A DNA stretch of 64,000 nt. It comes from Eledone cirrhosa. Lineage: Eukaryota. Positions 39,801 to 53,000 of this stretch are shown here, in pieces. The first letter of the stretch is position 1, and every line of letters starts with the position of its first letter. The stretch is taken from positions 18,786,001 to 18,850,000 of the forward strand of contig OZ024764.1 in assembly GCA_964016885.1 (NCBI GenBank), given 5' to 3'. The position numbers and the translations under genes are program-made. The notes under the pieces are model-generated. The model was not told the DNA's origin, searched no databases, and saw only the letters and a program-made list of their open reading frames with translations.

Positions 39801-42800
39801 CACTGTAAAGTGGTCATGTAGCTGTCACAACAAAAAGTACCCAGTCCACACTATAATGTGGTCATGCAGGTTTCACAACAAAAAGTACCCAGTCCACACT
39901 GTAAAGTGGTCATGTAGGTGTCACAACAAAAAGTACCCAGTCCACCCTGTAAAGTGGTCATGTAGGTGTCACGACAAAAAGCACCCAGTCCACACTGTAA
40001 AGTGGTCATGTAGGTGTCACAACAAAAAGTACCCAATCCACACTGTAAAGAGGTCATGTATGTGTCACAACAAAAAGTACCCAGTCCACACTGTAAAGTG
40101 GTCATGTATGTGTCACAACAAAAAGTACCCAGTCCACACTGTAAAGTGGTCATGTAGGTGTCACAACAAAAAGTACCCAGTCCACACTGTAAAGTGGTCA
40201 TGTAGGTGTCACAACAAAAAGTACCCAGTCCACACTGTAAAGTGGTCATGTAGGTGTCACAACAAAAAGTACCCAGTCCACACTGTAAAGTGGTCATGTA
40301 GGTGTCACAACAAAATATACCCAGTCCACACTGTAAAGTGGTCATGTAGGTGTCACAACAAAAAGTACCCAGTCCACACTTTAAAGTGGTCATGTAGGTG
40401 TCACAACAAAAAGTACCCAGTCCACACTGTAATGTGGTCATGCAGGTTTCACACCAAAAAGTACCCAGTCCACACTGTAATGTGGTCATATAGGTGTCTC
40501 AACAAAAAGTACCCAGTCCACACTGTAAAGTGGTCATGTAAGTGTCACAACAAAAAGTACCCAGTCCACACTGTAAAGTGGACATGTAGGTGTCATGACA
40601 AAAAGTACCCAGTCCACACTGTAAAGTGGTCATGTAGGTGTCACAACAAAAAGTAACCAGTCCACACTGTAAAGTGGTCATGTAGGTGTCACAACAAAAA
40701 GTACCCAGTCCACACTGTAAAGTGGTCATGTAGGTGTCACAACAAAAAGTACCCAGTCCACACTGTAAAGTGGTCATGTAGGTGTCACAACAAAATATAC
40801 CCAGTCCACACTGTAAAGTGGTCATGTAGGTGTCACAACAAAAAGTACCCAGTGCACACTATAAAGTGGTCATGTAGGTGTCACAACAAAAAGTACCCAG
40901 TCCACACTGTAAAGTGGTCATGTAGGTGTCACAACAAAAAGTACCCAGTCCACCCTGTAAAGTGGTCATATATGTGTCACAACAAAAAGTACCCAGTCCA
41001 CCCTGTAAAGTGGTCATGTATGTGTCACAACAAAAAGTACCCAGTCCACACTGTAATGTGGTCATGCAGGTTTCACAACAACAAGTACCCAGTCCACACT
41101 GTAATGTGGTCATGCAGGTTTCACAACAAAAAGTAGCCAGTCCACACTGTAATGTGGTCATGTATGTGTCACAACAAAAAGTACCCAGTCCACACTGTAA
41201 TGTGGTCATGCAGGTTTCACAACAAAAAGTACCCAGTCCACACTGTAAAGTGGTCATGTAGGTGTCACAACAAAAAGTACCCAGTCCACCCTGTAAAGTG
41301 GACATGTAGGTGTCATGACAAAAAGTACCCAGTCCACACTGTAAAGTGGTCATGTAGGTGTCACAACAAAAAGTACCCAGTCCACACTGTAATGTGGTCA
41401 TGCAGGTTTCACACCAAAAAGTACCCAGTCCACACTGTAATGTGGTCATATAGGTGTCTCAACAAAAAGTACCCAGTCCACACTGTAAAGTGGTCATGTA
41501 GGTGTCACAACAAAAAGTACCCAGTCCACACTGTAAAGTGGACATGTAGGTGTCATGACAAAAAGTACCCAGTCCACACTGTAAAGTGGTCATGTAGGTG
41601 TCACAACAAAAAGTACCCAGTCCACACTGTAAAGTGGTCATGTAGGTGTCACAACAAAAAGTACCCAGTCCACACTGTAAAGTGGACATGTAGGTGTCAT
41701 GACAAAAAGTACCCAGTCCACACTGTAAAGTGGTCATGTAGGTGTCACAACAAAAAGTAACCAGTCCACACTGTAAAGTGGTCATGTAGGTGTCACAACA
41801 AAAAGTACCCAGTCCACACTGTAAAGTGGTCATGTAGGTGTCACAACAAAAAGTACCCAGTCCACACTGTAAAGTGGTCATGTAGGTGTCACAACAAAAT
41901 ATACCCAGTCCACACTGTAAAGTGGTCATGTAGGTGTCACAACAAAAAGTACCCAGTCCACACTATAAAGTGGTCATGTAGGTGTCACAACAAAAAGTAC
42001 CCAGTCCACACTGTAAAGTGGTCATGTAGGTGTCACAACAAAAAGTACCCAGTCCACCCTGAAAAGTGGTCATATATGTGTCACAACAAAAAGTACCCAG
42101 TCCACCCTGTAAAGTGGTCATGTATGTGTCACAACAAAAAGTACCCAGTCCACACTGTAATGTGGTCATGCAGGTTTCACAACAAAAAGTACCCAGTCCA
42201 CACTGTAATGTGGTCATGCAGGTTTCACAACAAAAAGTACCCAGTCCACACTGTAATGTGGTCATGTATGTGTCACAACAAAAAGTACCCAGTCCACACT
42301 GTAATGTGGTCATGCAGGTTTCACAACAAAAAGTACCCAGTCCACAATGTAAAGTGGTCATGTAGGTGTCACAACAAAAAGTACCCAGTCCACACTGTAA
42401 AGTGGACATGTAGGTGTCATGACAAAAAGTACCCAGTCCACACTGTAAAGTGGTCATGTAGGTGTCACAACAAAAAGTACACAGTCCACACTGTAAAGTG
42501 GTCATGTAGGTGTCACAACAAAAAGTACCCAGTCCACACTTTAAAGTGGTCATGTAGGTGTCACAACAAAAAGTACCCAGTCCACCCTGTAAAGTGGTCA
42601 TATAGGTGTCACAACAAAAAGTACCCAGTCCACCCTGAAAATGGGTATTGTTTGTGTCACAACAAAAAGTACCCAGTCCACACTGTAAAGTGGTCATGTA
42701 TGTGTCACAACAAAAAGTACCCAATCCACACTTTAAAGTGGTCATGTAGGTGTCACAACAAAAAGCACCCAGTCCACACTGTAAAGTGGTCATGTAGGTG

Positions 42801-45800
42801 TCACAACAAAAAGTACCCAGTCCACACTGTAAAGTGGTCATGTAGGTGTCACAACAAAAAGTACCCAGTCCACACTGTAAAGTGGTCATGTAGGTGTCAC
42901 AACAAAAAGTACCCAGTCTACACTGTCAAGTGGTCATGTAGGTGTCACAACAAAAAGTACCTAGTCCACACTGTAAAGTGGTCATGTAGCTGTCACAACA
43001 AAAAGTACCCAGTCCACACTGTAATGTGGTCATGCAGGTTTCACAACAAAAAGTACCCAGTCCACACTGTAAAGTGGTCATGTAGGTGTCACAACAAAAA
43101 GTACCCAGTCCACCCTGTAAAGTGGTCATGTAGGTGTCACGACAAAAAGCACCCAGTCCACACTGTAAAGTGGTCATGTAGGTGTCACAACAAAAAGTAC
43201 CCAATCCACACTGTAAAGAGGTCATGTATGTGTCACAACAAAAAGTACCCAGTCCACACCGTAAAGTGGTCATGTATGTGTCACAACAAAAAGTACCCAG
43301 TCCACACTGTAAAGTGGTCATGTAGGTGTCACAACAAAAAGTACCCAGTCCACACTGTAAAGTGGTCATGTAGGTGTCACAACAAAAAGTACCCAGTCCA
43401 CACTGTAAAGTGGTCATGTAGGTGTCACAACAAAAAGTACCCAGTCCACACTGTAAAGTGGTCATGTAGGTGTCACAACAAAATATACCCAGTCCACACT
43501 GTAAAGTGGTCATGTAGGTGTCACAACAAAAAGTACCCAGTCCACACTTTAAAGTGGTCATGTAGGTGTCACAACAAAAAGTACCCAGTCCACACTGTAA
43601 TGTGGTCATGCAGGTTTCACACCAAAAAGTACCCAGTCCACACTGTAATGTGTTCATATATGTGTCTCAACAAAAAGTACCCAGTCCACACTGTAAAGTG
43701 GTCATGTAGGTGTCACAACAAAAAGTACCCAGTCCACACTGTAAAGTGGACATGTAGGTGTCATGACAAAAAGTACCCAGTCCACACTGTAAAGTGGTCA
43801 TGTAGGTGTCACAACAAAAAGTAACCAGTCCACACTGTAAAGTGGTCATGTAGGTGTCACAACAAAAAGTACCCAGTCCACACTGTAAAGTGGTCATGTA
43901 GGTGTCACAACAAAAAGTACCCAGTCCACACTGTAAAGTGGTCATGTAGGTGTCACAACAAAATATACCCAGTCCACACTGTAAAGTGGTCATGTAGGTG
44001 TCACAACAAAAAGTACCCAGTCCACACTATAAAGTGGTCATGTAGGTGTCACAACAAAAAGTACCCAGTCCACACTGTAAAGTGGTCATGTAGGTGTCAC
44101 AACAAAAAGTACCCAGTCCACCCTGTAAAGTGGTCATATATGTGTCACAACAAAAAGTACCCAGTCCACCCTGTAAAGTGGTCATGTATGTGTCACAACA
44201 AAAAGTACCCAGTCCACACTGTAATGTGGTCATGCAGGTGTCACAACAAAAAGTACCCAGTCCACACTGTAAAGTGGTCATGTAGGTGTCACAACAAAAA
44301 GTACCCAGTCCACACTGTAAAGTGGTCATGTAGGTGTCACAACAAAAAGTACCCAGTCCACACTGTCAAGTGGTCATGTAGGTGTCACAACAAAAAGTAC
44401 CTAGTCCACACTGTAAAGTGGTCATGTAGCTGTCACAACAAAAAGTACCCAGTCCACACTGTAATGTGGTCATGCAGGTTTCACAACAAAAAGTACCCAG
44501 TCCACACTGTAAAGTGGTCATGTAGGTGTCACAACAAAAAGTACCCAGTCCACCCTGTAAAGTGGTCATGTAGGTGTCACGACAAAAAGCACCCAGTCCA
44601 CACTGTAAAGTGGTCATGTAGGTGTCACAACAAAAAGTACCCAATCCACACTGTAAAGAGGTCATGTATGTGTCACAACAAAAAGTACCCAGTCCACACT
44701 ATAAAGTGGTCATGTAGGTGTCACAACAAAAAGTACCCAGTCCACACTGTAAAGTGGTCATGTAGGTGTCACAACAAAAAGTACCCAGTCCACCCTGTAA
44801 AGTGGTCATATATGTGTCACAACAAAAAGTACCCAGTCCACCCTGTAAAGTGGTCATGTATGTGTCACAACAAAAAGTACCCAGTCCACACTGTAATGTG
44901 GTCATGCAGGTTTCACAACAAAAAGTACCCAGTCCACACTGTAATGTGGTCATGCAGGTTTCACAACAAAAAGTACCCAGTCCACACTGTAATGTGGTCA
45001 TGTATGTGTCACAACAAAAAGTACCCAGTCCACACTGTAATGTGGTCATGCAGGTTTCACAACAAAAAGTACCCAGTCCACACTGTAAAGTGGTCATGTA
45101 GGTGTCACAACAAAAAGTACCCAGTCCACACTGTAAAGTGGACATGTAGGTGTCATGACAAAAAGTACCCAGTCCACACTGTAAAGTGGTCATGTAGGTG
45201 TCACAACAAAAAGTACACAGTCCACACTGTAAAGTGGTCATGTAGGTGTCACAACAAAAAGTACCCAGTCCACACTTTAAAGTGGTCATGTAGGTGTCAC
45301 AACAAAAAGTACCCAGTCCACCCTGTAAAGTGGTCATATAGGTGTCACAACAAAAAGTACCCAGTCCACCCTGAAAATGGGTATTGTTTGTGTCACAACA
45401 AAAAGTACCCAGTCCACACTGTAAAGTGGTCATGTATGTGTCACAACAAAAAGTACCCAATCCACACTTTAAAGTGGTCATGTAGGTGTCACAACAAAAA
45501 GTACCCAGTCCACCCTGTAAAGTGGTCATATATGTGTCACAACAAAAAGTACCCAGTCCACCCTGTAAAGTGGTCATGTATGTGTCACAACAAAAAGTAC
45601 CCAGTCCACACTGTAAAGTGGTCATGTATGTGTCACAACAAAAAGTACCCAGTCCACACTGTAAAGTGGTCATGTAGGTGTCACAACAAAAAGTACCCAG
45701 TCCACACTGTAAAGTGGTCATGTAGGTGTCACAACAAAAAGTACCCAGTCCACACTGTAAAGTGGTCATGTAGGTGTCACAACAAAAAGTACCCAGTCCA

Positions 45801-48800
45801 CACTGTCAAGTGGTCATGTAGGTGTCACAACAAAAAGTACCTAGTCCACACTGTAAAGTGGTCATGTAGCTGTCACAACAAAAAGTACCCAGTCCACACT
45901 ATAATGTGGTCATGCAGGTTTCACAACAAAAAGTACCCAGTCCACACTGTAAAGTGGTCATGTAGGTGTCACAACAAAAAGTACCCAGTCCACCCTGTAA
46001 AGTGGTCATGTAGGTGTCACGACAAAAAGCACCCAGTCCACACTGTAAAGTGGTCATGTAGGTGTCACAACAAAAAGTACCCAATCCACACTGTAAAGAG
46101 GTCATGTATGTGTCACAACAAAAAGTACCCAGTCCACACTGTAAAGTGGTCATGTATGTGTCACAACAAAAAGTACCCAGTCCACACTGTAAAGTGGTCA
46201 TGTAGGTGTCACAACAAAAAGTACCCAGTCCACACTGTAAAGTGGTCATGTAGGTGTCACAACAAAAAGTACCCAGTCCACACTGTAAAGTGGTCATGTA
46301 GGTGTCACAACAAAAAGTACCCAGTCCACACTGTAAAGTGGTCATGTAGGTGTCACAACAAAATATACCCAGTCCACACTGTAAAGTGGTCATGTAGGTG
46401 TCACAACAAAAAGTACCCAGTCCACACTTTAAAGTGGTCATGTAGGTGTCACAACAAAAAGTACCCAGTCCACACTGTAATGTGGTCATGCAGGTTTCAC
46501 ACCAAAAAGTACCCAGTCCACACTGTAATGTGGTCATATAGGTGTCTCAACAAAAAGTACCCAGTCCACACTGTAAAGTGGTCATGTAAGTGTCACAACA
46601 AAAAGTACCCAGTCCACACTGTAAAGTGGACATGTAGGTGTCATGACAAAAAGTACCCAGTCCACACTGTAAAGTGGTCATGTAGGTGTCACAACAAAAA
46701 GTAACCAGTCCACACTGTAAAGTGGTCATGTAGGTGTCACAACAAAAAGTACCCAGTCCACACTGTAAAGTGGTCATGTAGGTGTCACAACAAAAAGTAC
46801 CCAGTCCACACTGTAAAGTGGTCATGTAGGTGTCACAACAAAATATACCCAGTCCACACTGTAAAGTGGTCATGTAGGTGTCACAACAAAAAGTACCCAG
46901 TGCACACTATAAAGTGGTCATGTAGGTGTCACAACAAAAAGTACCCAGTCCACACTGTAAAGTGGTCATGTAGGTGTCACAACAAAAAGTACCCAGTCCA
47001 CCCTGTAAAGTGGTCATATATGTGTCACAACAAAAAGTACCCAGTCCACCCTGTAAAGTGGTCATGTATGTGTCACAACAAAAAGTACCCAGTCCACACT
47101 GTAATGTGGTCATGCAGGTTTCACAACAACAAGTACCCAGTCCACACTGTAATGTGGTCATGCAGGTTTCACAACAAAAAGTAGCCAGTCCACACTGTAA
47201 TGTGGTCATGTATGTGTCACAACAAAAAGTACCCAGTCCACACTGTAATGTGGTCATGCAGGTTTCACAACAAAAAGTACCCAGTCCACACTGTAAAGTG
47301 GTCATGTAGGTGTCACAACAAAAAGTACCCAGTCCACACTGTAAAGTGGACATGTAGGTGTCATGACAAAAAGTACCCAGTCCACACTGTAAAGTGGTCA
47401 TGTAGGTGTCACAACAAAAAGTACCCAGTCCACACTGTAATGTGGTCATGCAGGTTTCACACCAAAAAGTACCCAGTCCACACTGTAATGTGGTCATATA
47501 GGTGTCTCAACAAAAAGTACCCAGTCCACACTGTAAAGTGGTCATGTAGGTGTCACAACAAAAAGTACCCAGTCCACACTGTAAAGTGGACATGTAGGTG
47601 TCATGACAAAAAGTACCCAGTCCACACTGTAAAGTGGTCATGTAGGTGTCACAACAAAAAGTACCCAGTCCACACTGTAAAGTGGTCATGTAGGTGTCAC
47701 AACAAAAAGTACCCAGTCCACACTGTAAAGTGGACATGTAGGTGTCATGACAAAAAGTACCCAGTCCACACTGTAAAGTGGTCATGTAGGTGTCACAACA
47801 AAAAGTAACCAGTCCACACTGTAAAGTGGTCATGTAGGTGTCACAACAAAAAGTACCCAGTCCACACTGTAAAGTGGTCATGTAGGTGTCACAACAAAAA
47901 GTACCCAGTCCACACTGTAAAGTGGTCATGTAGGTGTCACAACAAAATATACCCAGTCCACACTGTAAAGTGGTCATGTAGGTGTCACAACAAAAAGTAC
48001 CCAGTCCACACTATAAAGTGGTCATGTAGGTGTCACAACAAAAAGTACCCAGTCCACACTGTAAAGTGGTCATGTAGGTGTCACAACAAAAAGTACCCAG
48101 TCCACCCTGAAAAGTGGTCATATATGTGTCACAACAAAAAGTACCCAGTCCACCCTGTAAAGTGGTCATGTATGTGTCACAACAAAAAGTACCCAGTCCA
48201 CACTGTAATGTGGTCATGCAGGTTTCACAACAAAAAGTACCCAGTCCACACTGTAATGTGGTCATGCAGGTTTCACAACAAAAAGTACCCAGTCCACACT
48301 GTAATGTGGTCATGTATGTGTCACAACAAAAAGTACCCAGTCCACACTGTAATGTGGTCATGCAGGTTTCACAACAAAAAGTACCCAGTCCACAATGTAA
48401 AGTGGTCATGTAGGTGTCACAACAAAAAGTACCCAGTCCACACTGTAAAGTGGACATGTAGGTGTCATGACAAAAAGTACCCAGTCCACACTGTAAAGTG
48501 GTCATGTAGGTGTCACAACAAAAAGTACACAGTCCACACTGTAAAGTGGTCATGTAGGTGTCACAACAAAAAGTACCCAGTCCACACTTTAAAGTGGTCA
48601 TGTAGGTGTCACAACAAAAAGTACCCAGTCCACCCTGTAAAGTGGTCATATAGGTGTCACAACAAAAAGTACCCAGTCCACCCTGAAAATGGGTATTGTT
48701 TGTGTCACAACAAAAAGTACCCAGTCCACACTGTAAAGTGGTCATGTATGTGTCACAACAAAAAGTACCCAATCCACACTTTAAAGTGGTCATGTAGGTG

Positions 48801-48832
48801 TCACAACAAAAAGCACCCAGTCCACACTGTAA
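36719..48832. repeat. Near-perfect tandem higher-order duplication, period 6048 bp (126 monomers)
   Basis: ORF pairs 36878/42926, 38092/44140, 40852/46900 and 41963/48011 are all offset by 6048; shared otherwise unique GTCTACAC, ACCGTAA, TGTTCATA, GTGCAC and CACAATG variants. One difference noticed (41290 C vs 47338 A). Confidence 0.93.
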
Positions 48833-50099
48833 TGTGGTCATGTAGGTGTCACAACAAAAAGTACCCAGTCCACCCTGTAAAGTGGTCATGTAGGTGTCAC
48901 GACAAAAAGTACCCAGTCCACACTGTAAAGTGGTCATGTAGGTGTCGCAACAAAAAGTACCCAATCCACACTGTAAAGAGGTCATGTTGGTGTCACAACA
49001 AAAAGTACCCAGTCCACACTGTAAAGTGGTCATGTAGGTGTCACAACAAAAAGTACCCAGTCCACACTGTAAAGTGGTCATGTAGGTGTCACAACAAAAA
49101 GTACCCAGTCCACACTGTAAAGTGGTCATGTAGGTGTCACAACAAAAAGTACCCACCCACACTGTAAAGTCGTCATGTAAGTGTCACAACAAAATATACC
49201 CAGTCCACACTGTAAAGTGGTCATGTAGGTGTCACAACAAAAAGTACCCAGTCCACACTGTAAAGTGGTCATGTAGGTGTCACAACAAAAAGTACCCAAT
49301 CCACACTGTAAAGTGGTCATGTAGGTGTCACAACAAAAAGTACCCAGTCCACCCTGTAAAGTGGTCATATATGTGTCACAACAAAAAGTACCCAGTCCAC
49401 CCTGTAAAGTGGTCATGTATGTGTCACAACAAAAAGTACCCAGTCCACACTGTAAAGTGGTCATGTATGTGTCACAACAAAAAGTACCCAGTCCACACTG
49501 TAAAGTGGTCATGTAGGTGTCACAACAAAAAGTACCCAGTCCACACTGTAAAGTGGTCATGTAGGTGTCACAACAAAAAGTACCCAGTCCACACTGTAAA
49601 GTGGTCATGTAGGTGTCACAACAAAAAGTACCCAGTCCACACTGTCAAGTGGTCATGTAGGTGTCACAACAAAAAGTACCTAGTCCACACTGTAAAGTGG
49701 TCATGTAGCTGTCACAACAAAAAGTACCCAGTCCACACTGTAATGTGGTCATGCAGGTTTCACAACAAAAAGTACCCAGTCCACACTGTAAAGTGGTCAT
49801 GTAGGTGTCACAACAAAAAGTACCCAGTCCACCCTGTAAAGTGGTCATGTAGGTGTCACGACAAAAAGTACCCAGTCCACACTGTAAAGTGGTCATGTAG
49901 GTGTCACAACAAAAAGTACCCAATCCACACTGTAAAGAGGTCATGTTGGTGTCACAACAAAAAGTACCCAGTCCACACTGTAAAGTGGTCATGTAGGTGT
50001 CACAACAAAAAGTACCCAGTCCACACTGTAAAGTGGTCATGTAGGTGTCACAACAAAAAGTACCCAGTCCACACTGTAAAGTGGTCATGTAGGTGTCAC

Positions 50100-53000
50100 A
50101 ACAAAAAGTACCCAGTCCACACTGTCAAGTGGTCATGTAGGTGTCACAACAAAAAGTACCCAATCCACACTGTAAAGTGGTCATGTAGGTGTCACAACAA
50201 AAAGTACCCAGTCCACCCTGTAAAGTGGTCATATATGTGTCACAACAAAAAGTACCCAGTCCACCCTGTAAAGTGGTCATATATGTGTCACAACAAAAAG
50301 TACCCAGTCCACCCTGTAAAGTGGCCATGTATGTGTCACAACAAAAAGTACCCAGTCCACCCTGTAAAGTGGTCATGTAGGTGTCACAACAAAAAGTACC
50401 CAGTCCACACTGTAAAGTGGTCATGTAGGTGTCACAACAAAAATACCCAGTCCACACTGTAAAGTGGTCATGTAGGTGTCACAACAAAAAGTACCCGGTC
50501 CACACTGTAAAGTGGTCATATAGGTGTCACAACAAAAATACCCAGTCCACACTGTAAAGTGGTCATGTAGGTGTCACAACAAAAAGTACCCGGTCCACAC
50601 TGTAAAGTGGTCATGTAGGTGTCACAACAAAAAGTACCCAGTCCACCCTGTAAAGTGGTCATATAGGTGTCACAACAAAAAGTACCCAGTCCACCCTGTA
50701 AAGTGGTCAAGTATGTGTCACAACAAAAAGTACCCAGTCCACACTGTAAAGTGGTCATGTATGTGTCACAACAAAAAGTACCCAGTCCACACTTTAAAGT
50801 TGTCATGTAGGTGTCACAACAAAAAGTACCCAGTCCACATTGTAATGTGGTCATGCAGGTTTCACACCAAAAAGTACCCAGTCCACACTGTAATGTGGTC
50901 ATATAGGTGTCACAACAAAAAGTACCCAGTCCACACTGTAAAGTGGTCATGTAGGTGTCACAACAAAAAGTACCCAGTCCACACTGTCAAGTGGTCATGT
51001 AGGTGTCACAACAAAAAGTACCTAGTCCACACTGTAAAGTGGTCATGTAGCTGTCACAACAAAAAGTACCCAGTCCACACTGTAATGAGGTCATGCAGGT
51101 TTCACAACAAAAAGTACCCAGTCCACACTGTAATGTGGTCATGTAGCTGTCACAACAAAAAGTACCCAGTCCACACTGTAATGTGGTCATGCAGGTTTCA
51201 CAACAAAAAGTACCCAGTCCACACTGTAAAGTGGTCATGTAGGTGTCACAACAAAAAGTACCCAGTCCACACTGTAAAGTGGACATGTAGGTGTCATGAC
51301 AAAAAGTACCCAGTCCACACTGTAAAGTGGTCATGTAGGTGTCACAACAAAAAGTACACAGTCCACACTGTAAAGTGGTCATGTAGGTGTCACAACAAAA
51401 AGTACCTAGTCCACACTGTAAAGTGGTCATGTAGGTGTCACAACAAAAAGTACCCAGTCCACACTGTAAAGTGGCCATGTAGGTGTCACAACAAAATATA
51501 CCCAGTCCACACTGTAAAGTGGTCATGTAGGTGTCACAACAAAAAGTACCCAGTCCACACTGTAAAGTGGTCATGTAGGTGTCACAACAAAAAGTACCCA
51601 GTCCACACTGTAAAGTGGTCATGTAGGTGTCACAACAAAAAGTACCCAGTCCACCCTGTAAAGTGGTCATATAGGTGTCACAACAAAAAGTACCCGGTCC
51701 ACCCTGAAAATGGGTATTGTTTGTGTCACAACAAAAAGTACCCAGTCCACACTGTAAAGTGGTCATGTATGTGTCACAACAAAAAGTACCCAATCCACAC
51801 TTTAAAGTGGTCATGTAGTGTCACAACAAAAAGTACCCAGTCCACACTGTAATGTGGTCATGTAGGTGTCACAACAAAAAGTACCCAGTCCACCCTGTAA
51901 AGTGGTCATGTAGGTGTCACGACAAAAAGTACCCAGTCCACACTGTAAAGTGGTCATGTAGGTGTCATAACAAAAAGTACCCAATCCACACTGTAAAGAG
52001 GTCATGTTGGTGTCACAACAAAAAGTACCCAGTCCACACTGTAAAGTGGTCATGTAGGTGTCACAACAAAAAGTACCCAGTCCACACTGTAAAGTGGTCA
52101 TGTAGGTGTCACAACAAAAAGTACCCAGTCCACACTGTAAAGTGGTCATGTAGGTGTCACAACAAAAAGTACCCAGTCCACACTGTAAAGTGGTCATGTA
52201 TGTGTCACAACAAAAAGTACCCAGTCCACACTGTAAAGTGGTCATGTATGTGTCACAACAAAAAGTACCCAGTCCACACTGTAAAGTGGTCATGTAGGTG
52301 TCACAACAAAAAGTACCCAGTCCACACTGTAAAGTGGTCATGTAGGTGTCACAACAAAAAGTACCCAGTCCACACTGTAAAGTGGTCATGTAGGTGTCAC
52401 AACAAAAAGTACCCAATCCACACTGTAAAGAGGTCATGTTGGTGTCACAACAAAAAGTACCCAGTCCACACTGTAAAGTGGTCATGTAGGTGTCACAACA
52501 AAAAGTACCCAGTCCACACTGTAAAGTGGTCCTGTAGGTGTCACAACAAAAAGTACCCAGTCCACACTGTAAAGTGGTCATGTAGGTGTCACAACAAAAA
52601 GTACCCAGTCCACACTGTCAAGTGGTCATGTAGGTGTCACAACAAAAAGTACCCAATCCACACTGTAAAGTGGTCATGTAGGTGTCACAACAAAAAGTAC
52701 CCAGTCCACCCTGTAAAGTGGTCATATATGTGTCACAACAAAAAGTACCCAGTCCACCCTGTAAAGTGGTCATATATGTGTCACAACAAAAAGTACCCAG
52801 TCCACCCTGTAAAGTGGTCATATAGGTGTCACAACAAAAAGTACCCAGTCCACACTGTAAAGTGGTCATGTAGGTGTCACAACAAAAATACCCAGTCCAC
52901 ACTGTCAAGTGGTTATGTAGGTGTCACAACAAAAAGTACCCGGTCCACACTGTAAAGTGGTCATATAGGTGTCACAACAAAAATACCCAGTCCACACTGT

